DNA of 64,000 nucleotides from Octopus bimaculoides (taxonomy: Eukaryota): positions 93,359,873 through 93,423,872 of the forward strand of contig NC_068990.1 in assembly GCF_001194135.2 (NCBI RefSeq). Direction: 5' to 3'. The position numbers and the translations under genes were made by a program. Positions 35,670 to 51,126 of this stretch are shown piece after piece. Positions within the stretch are counted from its first letter, which is position 1; the number at the start of each line of letters is the position of its first letter. The notes under the pieces were generated by a model. It made no database searches and was not told the origin of the DNA. It was given only the letters and a program-made list of their open reading frames with translations.

Positions 35670-37332
35670 CTGGAAACAGAAGAAGAAAAACAAATTGATA
35701 TAATCATATTTAAATACACAGGGGTGGCATGGGACACAGGGGGTGGCGTGNNNNNNNNNNCACACATATATATATATACGATGGGCGTCTTTCACTTTCC
35801 GTCTACCAAATCCACTCACAAGGCTTTGGTCGGCCTGCGACTATAGCAGAAGACACTTGCTCAAGGTTCCACGTAGTAAGACTGAACCCGGAACCATGTG
35901 GTTGGGAAGCAAGCTTCTTACCACACAGCCATGCTAAAAAATTTTAATATTTTGTATATTCTAGAAGTCTAAGCAGTTTATTGCAGATAAACCTGAGTAA
36001 CAAGATCTTACTTGGGCCCCCACAAGGGTCATGTGAACCCGGGTTGAGAAGCCCTTATTTAACTCACTATTTCCCTGTCTGTCTCTGTTTTTCTATCTCA
36101 TTACACATTTCTGATTAATGTGAAATAATCCAGGCATAAGGGGAAGCTGGGGATGAGGAAGATGTGGGGGATGAGAGTTGGTGAAGAATGATCTCCAGAG
36201 GTTGAACCCTCACAAAGGAGATGTCAAAGGAATGAGATGGTTGGGGATTTGCTGTCCATCTAAGCAAAAATGAGACCCTAAAGGCACTACTAAATCGTAG
36301 TTGGCAGTTGACGTGTTAACTAGGAAAGGTTCAAAAGAAGGCATGGCTGATAGCTGGGACAGGTCATACAGAGGACACAATGATATTTAGGGCAGGTCAC
36401 AGAGGTCATGGTGATATCTAGGACAGGTCATACAAAAGACATTGGTACTTCCCACATCCTCTAATTAATAAAGCTACATGGAAACAGCATTGAGTGATAT
36501 TTAATGGATTAACTTAACTTGATATTTACGGGATTAACAGAGCTTGTGAAATATAAAGGATTAGAGAGATCAGTGGGACTTAGAGAGTTACACTGAAAAT
36601 GGTTTATGGAACTGCTAAGGAATTTAATTTTGGTTTCTGGAGACAAGATCAGTCATTGACATTAGTACTTCACTGGTGCTGTAGTTAACACATCAAGCGC
36701 GACGGGTCACGATGATGGCCATCAGACACACAATCGTGGCCCAGAGAGATGCATTTAATTTATGGCCGTTAGTTGGAGTCTACTGTCACTCAAATGCTCC
36801 GACGCCCCCCCAGAATGCAAGAGGACTAATAGTTCAACTAATAACTTTTTCAGATGATGTAAAACTTGCCACCATCAAATACTAAGAAGATATTTTAGCT
36901 ATTTTTTGTTTTTTACGTGTGCATGGTAGTCTTATTTTCATAAAATGTGCTCAGCAGTCCATGCTATGTAAGTGCAAATCCCAGCACTTTATGGGTTAAT
37001 TAACCTTGGAGATAGAAAATGCAAAGTTGACCTAAGCAGGATTTGAACTCAGAATGTAAAGAGCTGCAATGAATGCAGTAAAGCATTTTTTCTGAAGCAC
37101 AAATTACTCTGCCAGTTTGCCTCCTTAAGGAATCTAATTATGAAAGTTAAATATAGGTGCAAAAATGGTTGTGTGGTTAAGAAGTTCACTTGCCACCCAC
37201 ATGGATTTGGGTTCAATCCTACTTTACAGCAAGTTGATCAAATGTCTTCCATAGTCTCAATCCAACCAAAACCTTTCTGAGTGGATTTGTTAGATGGAAA
37301 ATAAAAGAAGCCCAGTGTGTGTGTGTGCGTGT

Positions 37333-37489
<157 letters not shown>

Positions 37490-37914
37490 CAAACAAAAGA
37501 AAGCAACATTCAACACATTTTTTACAGCAGTGTGACTCCCATCCATCTCATCAGATGCTAGATGAGATGGACATGTCCTTTGCACCCATGAAACTTCAAG
37601 TTAAGTGGAGTTGAGTCACAAGGATTATTAAAAACGTCTAAGAGAGTCTCTCTCTCTGTACTGCAATTGAGTGCTGGTTGTACACAAGTATCATCATCAT
37701 CCAAGAAGTGTCATTCGTTTGTCATGTCCATCCATTGTGCTGTTCATGATCAAAGGACAAGAGGAGACAATATAACCTTACTCAGAAAGAGGTGGGGGTC
37801 AGTGGCCCTCAGCCATAGAAAATCTACCTCAACAAATTATGTTTGCCTGTGGAAAGCATGGAAAGGTGGGCATTAAAACGGTGATGATGATTAAATAAGT
37901 TGCAGATAATTTAC

Positions 37915-38063
37915 CTGGACAGATGTATCCGTTTCTCAGTATATTGACCATTACCATGGACTGGATGTTCGCAGGGCTCATTCTTGACCACTTCAACACC
38001 TTCGCCACTTTCGCTTTGCTCATGGCTGTGTTTGGCTATCATGTACAGTTGGCCAATCTTGTA
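37915..38063 (-). CDS. PITPNC1: PITPNC1 coding exon 2
   Basis: 149 nt; YKIGQLYMIAKHSHEQSESGEGVEVVKNEPCEHPVHGNGQYTEKRIHLS(S) includes the inositol-binding T and K (QYTEK); flanked by tttcag and gtaaat. Confidence 0.97.
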
Positions 38064-39097
38064 CTGAAACAAACAAAACAGAAATTAATCATGTATGCTA
38101 CCACCACCTTTATCTTCTACCCAGGTACTCTCACCCACCCTTATATAATGCAAGCAAGACACTAGTGCTTGCCCCTCAATGATACTTTAGCCTTTCAACA
38201 CCTGGCATGAAGCCACAACCTTTGCCTAAAATGCACTCAAAGATAGACAGACTGATAGATAGATAGATAGATAGGTAGATGGATAGACGGACGGACGGAC
38301 GGACGGACGGACGGACAGACGAACAGACAGACAGATCACTGCTACAATATATAGAATATATAAATCTCGTTGTTATGATATATATTCTGGTTGGTCTGGG
38401 GTTACAGCAGAAGACAGTTGTTGAAGGTGTCACAATGGGATTGAACCCAAATCCACATGCTTTAGGAAGCAAACTTCGTAACTACACAGCCGTGTTTTTA
38501 CCTGTTATGAATATATCACAACAAAAGTACATCAAAACGAAGTTTCAATTCTCTTCTAATTGGAGTCGAGAGCAGATACAGTCGATGCCTTGCCTCAGAT
38601 CTACAAATTAATTGCCAATCATGCAGTTGGTGACACACTAGATTATCTCTGATCTAGATTTACCTCAGTAATCCTATAACTAATGTTATCTTAACTCAGG
38701 TTTAAATCTACCTTAGAATTGTTAATTAACACTCTCATTAACAGTAATTAGGTGTTAAATTTAAAGCAATAAATCAAAACAATGTTTACAAACGAAGTCC
38801 CTTCAGTTATTTTCTTCCTGATGTTCTATTTATGCTTCCATCATTAACCTAATGTCTATTTTGCTGGCATGGGTCTGGAGAGCAGGTTCTCTGAAGCAGG
38901 ACTTTACAACCAGATGCTCTTCCTGTCACCAACCCTAAACTGCTTCTGAAGTAAGGATTTATTTATTCTACAGTGGAGAGGGATCAAAAGGGTTTTTGTT
39001 GAAAACATAACATTGATATATGTATCACTGACATATTCCACAGAATCTAATCGTTCACTATTTCTATTTCCTATACACACACACACACATACGAGAT

Positions 39098-39145
<48 letters not shown>

Positions 39146-42100
39146 GATACATACACACACACACACATATACGTGCTACACACACACATATATAAGAGTT
39201 ATACACACCCACACATATATATACACAATACACACACACATATATATACATGATACACACACACACACACACATATATGAGACACAAACGCACACAGATA
39301 TATATATATATGAGCTTCCACACAGTTTCCATCAACCAAAATCACTCACATGGTATTTGTCAATCTGGACAATAGTAGAAGACACTTGGCCAAGGTGCTG
39401 CACAGTGGCACTGAACCAGAAACCATGTGATTACAAAGTGACTTTCTTAACCGAACAGCTACGGCGGCACCAATTATATAGGGAAAACATTATTTACCAG
39501 CAGCAGTCATACATCTAACTATGAGTGTGTGTGTGTGTGTAAGTGTTTGTGTGTCTGTCTGTCTACACCAATTATATTAATTGGCTCAATTAAGAAACAT
39601 TCTAGTCTTTGATGAGCTCTGCAGACACTTTGATCTTGTTCACTCTTTTATCACAATGTCTTCTTATGAAACGGGGGAGAAGAAGTGGCTGCAGGGACGG
39701 ACAATCTGCAAACATACAACATTCAGTGGATTCTTTGGTGAAGAAATCACAAAGACAGTGATGCTCTCTAACCAAAAGGAGGACCACTTGCTCAATGTTA
39801 TGCTCCACCTGGCCAACCCATTGCTTTCCCAAGCGGAAGATTGATCAGGACTGACCAGGGCTAAGCAACACCTTAAGAAAGTGAAGGATGCTGACGATGA
39901 TGATGATGATGTCATAATAGTTGTGGTGGGAATGTTAATGGGGTGAATAAATGGGAGAATCATGGTGGTGATGGTGAATGTAATAATAGTGGGGACTGTG
40001 GTGGGAAAGGTAGTAGGGGTGGATGGAGTGGTAATGGAGATGCTGATTGCAGTCACAGCTGTGATGGTGGCGGTAGTAGTGATGGTGGTTGCAAGGGTAA
40101 CGATAATTGTGGTGGTAGTGGAGGTTGTGACGGTGGTGGTGGTGGTGGTAGTGGTGGTGGTGGTGGTTGTAGTATTTATGATCATATTCACCTGATAAGT
40201 CAACAGGTACCAATGAACAACCAAGACATTAGATTGAAAGCCGATTTGGCAAGATTATCTGATCAATATTTCTATACTAATAACCAATACACACACACAC
40301 AAATGAAAGAATTGTTGTTTAGGTAACATCTTATTACTGTAACAAAAGAAAACTCATGCACACAAACACACACAACATTTCTAATGGATCAGTTTCTATG
40401 ATGAGTATTCAGGAGTTTAGACTGAATTACCTCTTCCTTGGATTAGCATGCATGTGGCTGAATATCCCACAGATACATGTACATCATCATTATCAATGTT
40501 TTTACATCCACTTTTCTCTTCCTGCATGGGTCAGATAGAATTCACCAAGGCAGATTTTCTACAGCCAGATACCCTTTCTCATGCAAACCCTATTTCAAAG
40601 CAACTTAAAATTTTCCTCATGCAGGTGCCACATAAAAAGCACCCTGTACACGCTGTCAAGTGGTTGGCATTAGGAAGGGCATCCAATTATAGAAACCATG
40701 CCCAAACAGACATGGAACCTGAGCAACCCTTCGGCTGGTCAGCTCCTGTCAAACCTCCCAACCCATGCCAGCATGGAAAACAGACATTAAATGATGATGG
40801 TGGTGATGATGATGAGGCATATTTTCATGAAAGACTGGAGATGAATGACACTGCTTGTATGAAAGACACACTTGTTTACAACTAGCATGCAAAGAGGCAC
40901 ACATACACACAGATGCATACTTATATGACAAACTTCTTTCACTTTCCATCTCCCATCAGTCTACCAAATCCACTGACAGAGCTGTGATTGGCCCAAGGGT
41001 TAGGGTTAGGGTTAGGGTTAGGGTAGAAGACACTTGTCCAAGGAACTACATAGCATTTCTGCATTTTGTTTTTTATAATTTTACTTGTAATTACACCTTT
41101 TCTGTTTTAAAACCCATAAAAAATTATTTTTGAGTGGTTTTTAGGGGCTGGAATGGATTAATTATAATTTAGTTAATTTCAATGGTGAAAATTGATTTGT
41201 AAAACAAGTAAATAATAAGACAAGCTCCATCATGGAATGAATTAAACTCATACTGCAAGGTATCAGTGTATATGTATTCATATATGTAAATATACACGGA
41301 TTGAAACCAGATCAGACCAAGTTTGGTTGTGTAGTCACACCAGTGAATAACTATAAAACCGTGAATTAACAAACTGCACCGAGACACACCATTCATACCA
41401 CCAGATACTGGAGGTAAACAGACTTGGCACTTCCACAGAGCAATTACATATAATTACAGTCTGTGATCATTTTTGTGTCATTTAAAGACTACAGATTGGT
41501 TTTCAAAGAAAACCTGACAAGCCAAATAATTTGAAGAATTATTTTTAATATCCAAAGGAAGCGTTTAAAGCTAGCAAAGCCAGACTTGTGTCTGCTTTGA
41601 AATACGGTGTGAATTATAATGAGAAATTACAGAAACTTGCCAAAAACCCAGCTTTTAGAAGACAAACTTTTTTGAATTTTGATGTTCTTTACACAGTGAA
41701 CAGAACAAAATAATATGCAGGTCTAATATTGGCAGAAAACCTTAGATTTTAGAGAAGGACATGGTTAATTATATCAATCCCACGACTTGAGTGAGATTTT
41801 ATTTTATCGATTCTGTGAAGATAAAAGACCAAGTTAACCAAGGTATGATCAGAAATCAAAAAGTAAGACTTACAAGGAAATAATGCAGCTTTTGACCATT
41901 TCACAAAATATAAGAATAATGGTTTCAAATTTTGGCTCAAGGCCAGCAACTTTAGTGGGTTCAATGTAAGTGACCCCCATCATTGAGTGGTACTTATTTT
42001 ATCAATCTGGAAAGGATGAATAACAAGGTTGACCTCAGCAGAATATGAACTCAGATGTAAAGAGCTGACGTACATAGCACAAAGCATTTTGTCCAACATG

Positions 42101-42381
42101 CCACTGAGTTTGTCAGCTCATGAGAGTCATTTTCATCAATGCAAAAGATATGTAAAATAATAATAATAATGGTCTCAAATTTTGCCACACCGCTAGTAAT
42201 TTGGTGGGGAGGGGTAAGCTGATTACATCCACCCCAGTATTCAACTGGTACTTATTTTAATGACCCTGATAAGATGAAAGGCAAAGCTGACATGAGCAGA
42301 ATTTGAACTCAGGACGTAAAGACAAACAAAATGCCACTAAGCATTTTGCCCAGCATGCTAACAGTTCAGCCAGTTCAATGC

Positions 42382-42436
<55 letters not shown>

Positions 42437-44783
42437 AATAAGTAAGTAAGTAAATAATAGATAAAATGTGTGTCTAAATCGAAGTGGGAATTTTCTAGAA
42501 TAAAATATTTTCTTCAGCCAGTTCATGCAATATTGAAGAATCCATCAGAGCAGGCCAACAGAGGAAACCAAACTGGGAATGACATTAAAGACTCCAGAGT
42601 GTCCATTGTGTCATGCTGGGAAACATTTGAAATGTCTCACTTGAAGTCATTTGTTTTATGTGACACCAGAGCAACGTCAGAGCCAGTAAACATCATCAGC
42701 TGGAACTAAATATCTTATTAATTCAACTGATATTAATGACTACGTCTTTATGATAATTCTGTCATTTTATAAATTTTGATTTCAGAATTCTAACCAAACA
42801 CAATGTCTTGCAGAATTTGTTCTGGCTTCCAGCACACATCATCATCATCATCATCGTCGTTTTAATGTCCACTTTTCCAGGTTCAATAATTAAAATAACC
42901 AATCAAGCCCTGAATTGGAATGAATGGGTCTTGATTCGTCTCTCTAACATTCTCTGAATTGGTTACATTAAACTTTGAGAAGGGTTGTTGAGTGGGGCAC
43001 AATCATTCACAGTACCATTTTCTCAGGGAATGGAAAAAGGCTGAGTGAGGAACCAACGACCATTGATCGTAGAAAAACTGACAGGCAACTGGAGCCATTG
43101 GAGAACAAAGTGATGTGCAATGTGGTATGGAATGGAAATAACCGGAAAATAATGAATTGGAAAGGAATAAAGTTGTAGGGCTTGGTCTGTGGAATGGCTC
43201 CTAATTCATGGCATTCAAATGAACTAAATTATTGAAGAAGAACAAAATGTGGTGGAATACATTTTATTAGATCATCATAAATCCTCTTAATTACTGTCTC
43301 AAGTTCCAGGACACATAGAACTGGTTACCCAGTTTCTGTGGTATACAAGTGGCTGAGAACAGAACATTCCTCTTGAACAAGGTACCATTCCTCCACACAG
43401 GTTTACTCATTCACAGCTGAGTGGACTAATGTGAGATGAAGTATATTGCTCAAGAACACAACACACCACCCAGGAATCAAAAAGCTAGCATCTTGTGATC
43501 ATGAGTGCAGCACCACAAGGCCAGGTGCCTTCGCTTGTATTAATTCTGCCATATTTGTCCATTTATGGTCAGACAAACAAATATCAAAGTAAAACAGTAG
43601 AATCTGCAGAAACTAGAGACAGTCTGTGACAGTAAATAAGAATGGTCAAATGTCCACAAAGTCACACAAATTATTTTCTTGTAAGAGAAGTTAACATTTC
43701 CTACATGAGCCCTCATCCAGGCACCTCCGCTTCAGCAAGACACTTGTTCCTGTTCCTCAATCATACTTTCACCTGTCTCAGGTGAGGGGAATGGGGGTCA
43801 GGTAAGTTAATAGGGGACCCCTCTAAGGGCTGGTGTCACACACACACACACACACACACACAAAAGCACACAATACATTCTGTAAAGTGGTTGCCATCAG
43901 GATGGGCATCCAGCCATAGAAAAACCATTTCCAAAAGTAGGCACTGGAGCTCAGCATAGTCCTCTGGCCCATCGGTTCCTATCAGACCATCCAACCCATG
44001 CTAACACGGGAAACAAATGATAAACAATGGCGATGATGATGGTGAGGAAGTAAAAAAAAAAATATATGTTTAATTTTGATTTCTTTATTTGGTGAAAAAA
44101 GCTGGTTGAGGAGAAATCTGCAGAAAGATTTCATCTTAAGATGGCAAGATTGAGAATAATGAATAATATATGCAAATTGAACGTAAAGAATAGTAAATTG
44201 GATGTCACAAATAATGTAAATAAATTGAGGAGGATAAATAAAGATATGTAAAATTGGATTGAATAAATAATATATGTAAATTAGGTATAATAATAAATAT
44301 GTGTAAATTTATCAAAGCTTCTCATTTCCATGTAATCTACAGATTGGTGAGTGAGAGTAATTAAAGATTTTATAGGTGAAGAGGTGACATATTTTACAAG
44401 AAGTTAACTGCAATGGATGATGGGGAGAGATGTGGTGAGAGAGAGAGAGAGAGAGAGATGGCGAGAATGACAGAGATATTGGGAATGGTAAAGAGAGACA
44501 GTGAGAAGGATAGAGAACTGGTGGAAATTAGAAAGAGAGAGAATGATAGAGAGAGAGTTATTAAAACTAACCGAGAGGGATGTCAGGAATGATTGAAAAT
44601 GTAGAGGAGAAAAGAAATGATCATGTAATACTTTAATCTGCAGTGAAAGTCGTCTGCTTTACAAGGAAATCTAACAATACAAAACAATAAAAAAAAACGG
44701 AAATAAATGTATAAAACCTTAACATAATTGCTACTGGAACAAAAGAGACAAGATGATAGGTTTTGAAATGGAATTAATTACAG

Positions 44784-44875
<92 letters not shown>

Positions 44876-46396
44876 AGAGAAAGAGAGAGAGAGAGAGAGA
44901 AGGGGTTTGGAAAAGAAAGAAGAGGAGAATTATTCTGAAGGCAGTTGATTAAAAATAGTGTGAGATTAAATTGCTGTGAAAGGTTTACAGTCAAGCTGAA
45001 AATAATAATTAAAAGACAAAACACTATAATTTTTTTCTTTCTTTCATTTCACCAGTAATCTTCATAATACAAAGGAAGAGAATCACCAATTCCTTCACTA
45101 ACAATAGCTTCTTTATCAGTTTAGCATTTAGGACTTTCTAGAATGTCATGGAAACACTGACAAGGTACCAAGTTGAATAGCAACAACACAAATACATACG
45201 TGTTCTACTTTTGTTTCAGTCAATGGACTGTGGCCATGCTGGGGTCTTAGCCAAACAAATCAATTCCAGTATTTATTTTGAAAGTCTAGCACATTCTATC
45301 AGTCCCTTTTGCTAAAATGCAGTTACATGGACATAAATAAACCAACACCAGTAGTCAAACTGTGTTTGTGTGGGGGACAAAAACTGACACAGACACACAT
45401 TTATATACATATATATTTATATATATATATATATATGCATACACATACGTCTACATTCATGTATACACGGTTCCTGTATACCAAACCCATCCATAAGGTT
45501 ATGGTCAGCTCAAGGCTAAAGTAAGACAGTTGCTTAATGTGTCCTGCAGTGGAATTGAACCCAAATCTACGTAGTTGCAAAGGAAGCTTCTTAACCACAA
45601 AGCCATGTCCATCCCTATATAGAGGGAAGACGAGATCCCCTATAGGCAATGCAAGATTGTCTATACTGTCCAAAAGTTTCAATCAACTGGTCTCATGGCA
45701 GTTACCTACCTTGCTTGCATTATGTTCAACATTTTAAACCTCTCTAGAGGGAGTTTTTAAGTGCACTAATTACTTGGATCATTCTCAGTTGATCAAAATT
45801 TTACAACTTGTTGAAGGTCATATGTAATACCCTACCATATTTGCAATTAGTGTGCAGAATGCTCTCCTGAGGAATTTTTCCATAAAGTCAGCTATTATCA
45901 ATTCATAGAGATGACCTTCCAATTATTATTATCCACAGGATGGTCATGACATCAGATATAAATAAATTAATAAACTGTTGTCCAACAAGGTAACAAGTCT
46001 GATAATAAAGGCAGATTTCACAGATTAATCCTGGCACATTATTATTTTTTGCTACGACAGAATCATTAGAGTATTGGACAAAATACTTGAAAGTATTGTT
46101 CTGGACTTTTCTATTCTGAATTCAAACCATACCAAGCTCAAAACTGTTGGCCTTGCACCAAAATTAGAAAGAATTATTATCTACCAACACACACACACAC
46201 ATCACTTTGACAGCTGATGCGTGGCACACTGTGTACCTGTACAGACAAGGTCAATTTAATGGAGGTACTGGCCATGCAGCACGAATATTTGAGCACTATA
46301 ACTGAATTAGCTGTGCAGGTTGTCGAACAAAATGTTGCAGAACCTTCATATGTTGTCTATGACAAGAGAGTTCACTAAAAATATGTCTGTATGTGA

Positions 46397-46438
<42 letters not shown>

Positions 46439-47040
46439 NNNNNNNNNNNNNNNNNNNNNNNNNNNNNNNNNNNNNNNNNNNNNNNNNNNNNNNNNNNNNN
46501 NNNNNNNNNNNNNNNNNNNNNNNNNNNNNNNNNNNNNNNNNNNNNNNNNNNNNNNNNNNNNNNNNNNNNNNNNNNNNNNNNNNNNNNNNNNNNNNNNNNN
46601 NNNNNNNNNNNNNNNNNNNNNNNNNNNNNNNNNNNNNNNNNNNNNNNNNNNNNNNNNNNNNNNNNNNNNNNNNNNNNNNNNNNNNNNNNNNNNNNNNNNN
46701 NNNNNNNNNNNNNNNNNNNNNNNNNNNNNNNNNNNNNNNNNNNNNNNNNNNNNNNNNNNNNNNNNNNNNNNNNNNNNNNNNNNNNNNNNNNNNNNNNNNN
46801 NNNNNNNNNNNNNNNNNNNNNNNNNNNNNNNNNNNNNNNNNNNNNNNNNNNNNNNNNNNNNNNNNNNNNNNNNNNNNNNNNNNNNNNNNNNNNNNNNNNN
46901 NNNNNNNNNNNNNNNNNNNNNNNNNNNNNNNNNNNNNNNNNNNNNNNNNNNNNNNNNNNNNNNNNNNNNNNNNNNNNNNNNNNNNNNNNNNNNNNNNNNN
47001 NNNNNNNNNNNNNNNNNNNNNNNNNNNNNNNNNNNNNNNN

Positions 47041-47076
<36 letters not shown>

Positions 47077-49334
47077 AGAGCTTCAAATGTGTATGTATGT
47101 GTTTGTGTGCAAGTGACGATCATCATGATAGTGTTGGTAAAGCTTGAGTTATATGCAAATAAAATGGTGATAGTGGTGGTGATGATGATGATAGAGTAGG
47201 TAAGAACGGTAGTGAAGTGTTTATTGTAATTATGACTGAAGGTGCACTCCCCCTCCTCCTCCTCCCCCTCCAGGTACTTGTGAAGTTGAGTTTCAATAAC
47301 AGAAATGCCATCTTAACTGTGTTTATGTTAGAGAGGAGGTTAGAGGGGACACACACACATACACACGCACTTTACCAGATAATCTCCAGTTGCCATGGAT
47401 ATCTATTGAAATTGATCTTAATAACTTCCAAATGAAAAACTAAATTTCTTCCAGTGATGTCTCAGATTTCTCAAAAACTTGCTGATTTTATATTGAAGAA
47501 TGTTAATGTTACATTACCGACAAGGAACTGAAGTTATGCCATATATATATATATATATATGTACATTCAGAGATGTGTATGTGCATGCGTGCACACACAC
47601 ACACATGCTGGAATGGTTGTATGGTCAAGAACCATTTTGCAAAGCCAGCTTCCCACTACTGCCAACTCACTGCAAGTCTTAAGTGTGACTTTCAGTGAAG
47701 AACTGTCACACATGCACACGTGTTGTGGCGCCACTGCTATGCACACAGATATTCTAGATTGCATTCAAAGACAAAAAAAGCCACTTCAATGATTAGCATG
47801 CAATCACACCCCACTACACCCTAATCTCTGGCCCACAGACATGTTGTCTCCTCTCTCTGCTTTTTCTCCCTCTTCTCTGATCCTCTGAGCTTTCTTCGTC
47901 CTCTATCACCACTCTGCTCTTCCCACCACACAAGGCTTCCTTCCTTCTCCCATCATTTCCATTGTGTCCTCAATCACTTCAGTCCTTCTTCCCTAACATG
48001 TCCTCACTTTGTATATTTTTCCCTGCAGCTTTTGGAGTGCAACAGCTGAAAAAGAGCATCATTAACTGTGTTGATCTCAAAGGTCCTGTAGAGGCCATGG
48101 GATTAGCTCCTTCCCTCGGATCAACATCAATCCAATAAATACAAAAGGAAAAACAAAAAAGAAAGGAAAACAAGCTGCCTCATCAATTGTGGAGGATTGG
48201 TTGCTATTTTGGAACTTAGCAGAAATATTTGGGATTTATGGTTTTATTTCTGAGTATTGAGATAGCTGTTCTTCACAGCTATTTGTCTTTGTAGTAAAAT
48301 AATTCACAAATCTGTTTAGAAAGCAACTTTGAATACTAATCCGTAATTGGATTTGATGTTGCTCCCACACCACACTGTAATATCTGCATGTATATAGTGG
48401 TGGTAGTGTTTTCTCCGTCATTCAATGGTGAGGAGAGATTCGGCTGTTTGATCAACTGGATTATCTGCTCCTGAATTAACGCCTAAGTGGCTGAGCGTTC
48501 CACAGACATGCGTATTCTTAACACTTCCCAAACAGATTCACTCTAACTCAGTGTATGATGAGAAGATTGCATCGTTTGAATTCCAGGTACTATCTACCTG
48601 ATGGGCTTCTATACAGTTTCTGTCCACCCAATTTCAATCAAAATATAGTTTCACCTCACATAGAAAATAACATTTGCCCCAAATGCCATGCAGTTGGACT
48701 GAATCCAGAACTTCATAGTTCAGAAGTGAACTGCTTGGCCATTTAGCTGTGCTGCACCTATGACTCTTATATATATATATGTGTGTATATGTGTGTGTGT
48801 GTGTATTTATGTATGTATGTATGTATGCACATCATTTTCTTTTTGAAATGAGTAAAACAAGTATACGTTTGATGTAGTTCTTGATGCACTGGACTCTGCT
48901 TGGTAAATAGATGAGGTGGTCATGTCTGGAATGTCTTTCATCAAAAATCAAAGATGACCTGAGCTAAACAACTATATCCAAGAATTTATTTTCTTCTTAG
49001 CTGAATGCTTCCTTTATGGTGATGCTGTTGATGACTGTTGACCAATTCTTACATAGAAGAGTCTTTGGCATTGACTGCATGGTAATATTGGTGGAGGTCA
49101 TGGTTGATGTTGTTCAGCCTTTCTCTCCTCTCGTCTGATTTCTTCCTTTTCTCTTCTGGTGGCTTCGAAGTTTTCCGAGGCATATTTTCTATGTCTTCAT
49201 GGCCTTCCCGTTTCCAAGCAAGGCAACATTCTCTCATGGCCAGACATGTTTATGCAGAATACTGGAATCGAATGACACTGCTTGTGTGATAGTAACATCC
49301 ATTTATAACAATCATGTGATATCAAAAGAAAGGG

Positions 49335-49374
<40 letters not shown>

Positions 49375-49523
49375 ACACACATGTNNNNNNNNNNNNNNNN
49401 NNNNNNNNNNNNNNNNNNNNNNNNNNNNNNNNNNNNNNNNNNNNNNNNNNNNNNNNNNNNNNNNNNNNNNNNNNNNNNNNNNNNTCTCTTCCTCCTGAAT
49501 CATTAACTGTATGATCTCCTTAA

Positions 49524-49689
49524 CTCTTTAGCATTTAAACTGGCCAGATCTGGCCTCTCACACCTACCCTGCAATGTCATTGACACATCATCAAAATCTC
49601 AAAGCTACAGGATAATAATCCATGATTAATTCAAAGCAATGTGAATAAAGAAGCATTACATTGGACAGAATAATCTGAACGCTGTAGAG
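49524..49689. mobile_element. piggyBac-like MITE
   Basis: TTAA on both sides (49520-49523, 49690-49693) with imperfect TIRs ctctttagcatttaaa / tctgaacgctgtagag. Confidence 0.65.
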
Positions 49690-51086
49690 TTAAAAGCTAA
49701 TCAACCAGGAACACTCCCTCGTCTATCAGTCGGCCCTTGTCCAAGGCTTGATGACAAAATAAGAAGACACATATATGTGTACACACACAACTGGCTTCTT
49801 TCAGTTTCCATCTAGCAAATCCGTTCGCAAGGCTTTGCTAATTCTTAAAACTTGGCAGAAACATGAATTGAGATTTGTTACTGAATCAGGATGAAAGCTA
49901 CAAACAAAATGGATGTCTTTCCCCAAAGTTTTCTCCATGTAAATGATTAATCTCAAACTAGATGTGGATCCTGTACTTCAGCTCAACTGTGGATGCTGAG
50001 AACATATTCTGTAGAATAAACGACACAAGTTTGATGATAATTACATCATTTAAATTAATGAGTTTGATGAACTGTGGACAGTGTGGCGTCAAACCTGATT
50101 TTCTTATAACTTGTGTTACTGACTCTACAGTCTGCACCACCAGTTTAACAACAATAACAATTATAAATAATGAGTTGATTAATGAAAGATATAGTTAATC
50201 AAATCAATACTCTATCTCAATTAATTTACTTCATTTGTAGGAAAGAAAGACAAAGTTAACAGTGAAACTAGTTGACCTTAAAACCATAGAGTAGTGAACT
50301 GGATACAGTTAATTGTTTAACAAGCAATAATTAATTAACACTAATAATTCTCACATAAAATCAATCAAATCAGAGAAACACAGGTCAACATGAGAGTCTC
50401 TTATGGTCAGTTAATCTGCTCGAAAGAGCAGACAAACTTATTTCACATTATACCTTACACTTTTCAAGAAAGATAATGTGGTTTAACTGAAAAAGACAGA
50501 GTGGTCAAAGTTGGATTGTCTTTGCACATTTGTCTATTTTATCAGGGTTGACCTAGAGTAAAACAACAACAACAAATGAAAGGAATCTGGCTGTCATTTA
50601 GCCCAAGGTCAGTTTGATTGAGCAAACCTATACAAAAAACCAAAGGTGTTCCAGCCATGATCATCCTGTCTTTTTCAGGCAGCAACTACGACTACATTAT
50701 TCAATGTGTCTACATTTACCCAAGACTCTAGGGTGTATCTGTCAATTTAGCTAATGTTTTGTGTTAACTTTCTTCAGCTGAAGAATTATAAAACAGCAAT
50801 CATCTTAATCCCCCTCACAAGGCTTTGGTCAACCTGGAGCAATAGTAGAAAGCACTTACCCAAGGTGCCACGCAGTGGGACTGAACCTGAAACCATGTGG
50901 TCGGGAAGCAAGCTTCTCAATCACACAGCCACACTTGTTTGTGCCCAACAATATTTTAAACGAATAGAAGTGTTTGTTTAGTTGTAAACAACAGAATGAC
51001 CTTCTTAAATTGGATTTGAATATATTTTCAGAAAGAAGAGTTAGAGTAATTAAATGAGAATACACACCACTTTGCTAGACAAAATA

Positions 51087-51126
<40 letters not shown>

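Noticed and set aside
39664-40224. 186-aa Thr-rich (-) and Gly/Val-rich (+) ORFs
   Set aside because: They arise from a degenerate (GTG/GAT)n tract that is open in several frames on both strands.
44170-44310. Degenerate AT-rich tandem repeat of about 27 bp (similar small arrays at 35345-35410 and 36355-36445)
   Set aside because: Ordinary old minisatellites with no coding or structural signal.
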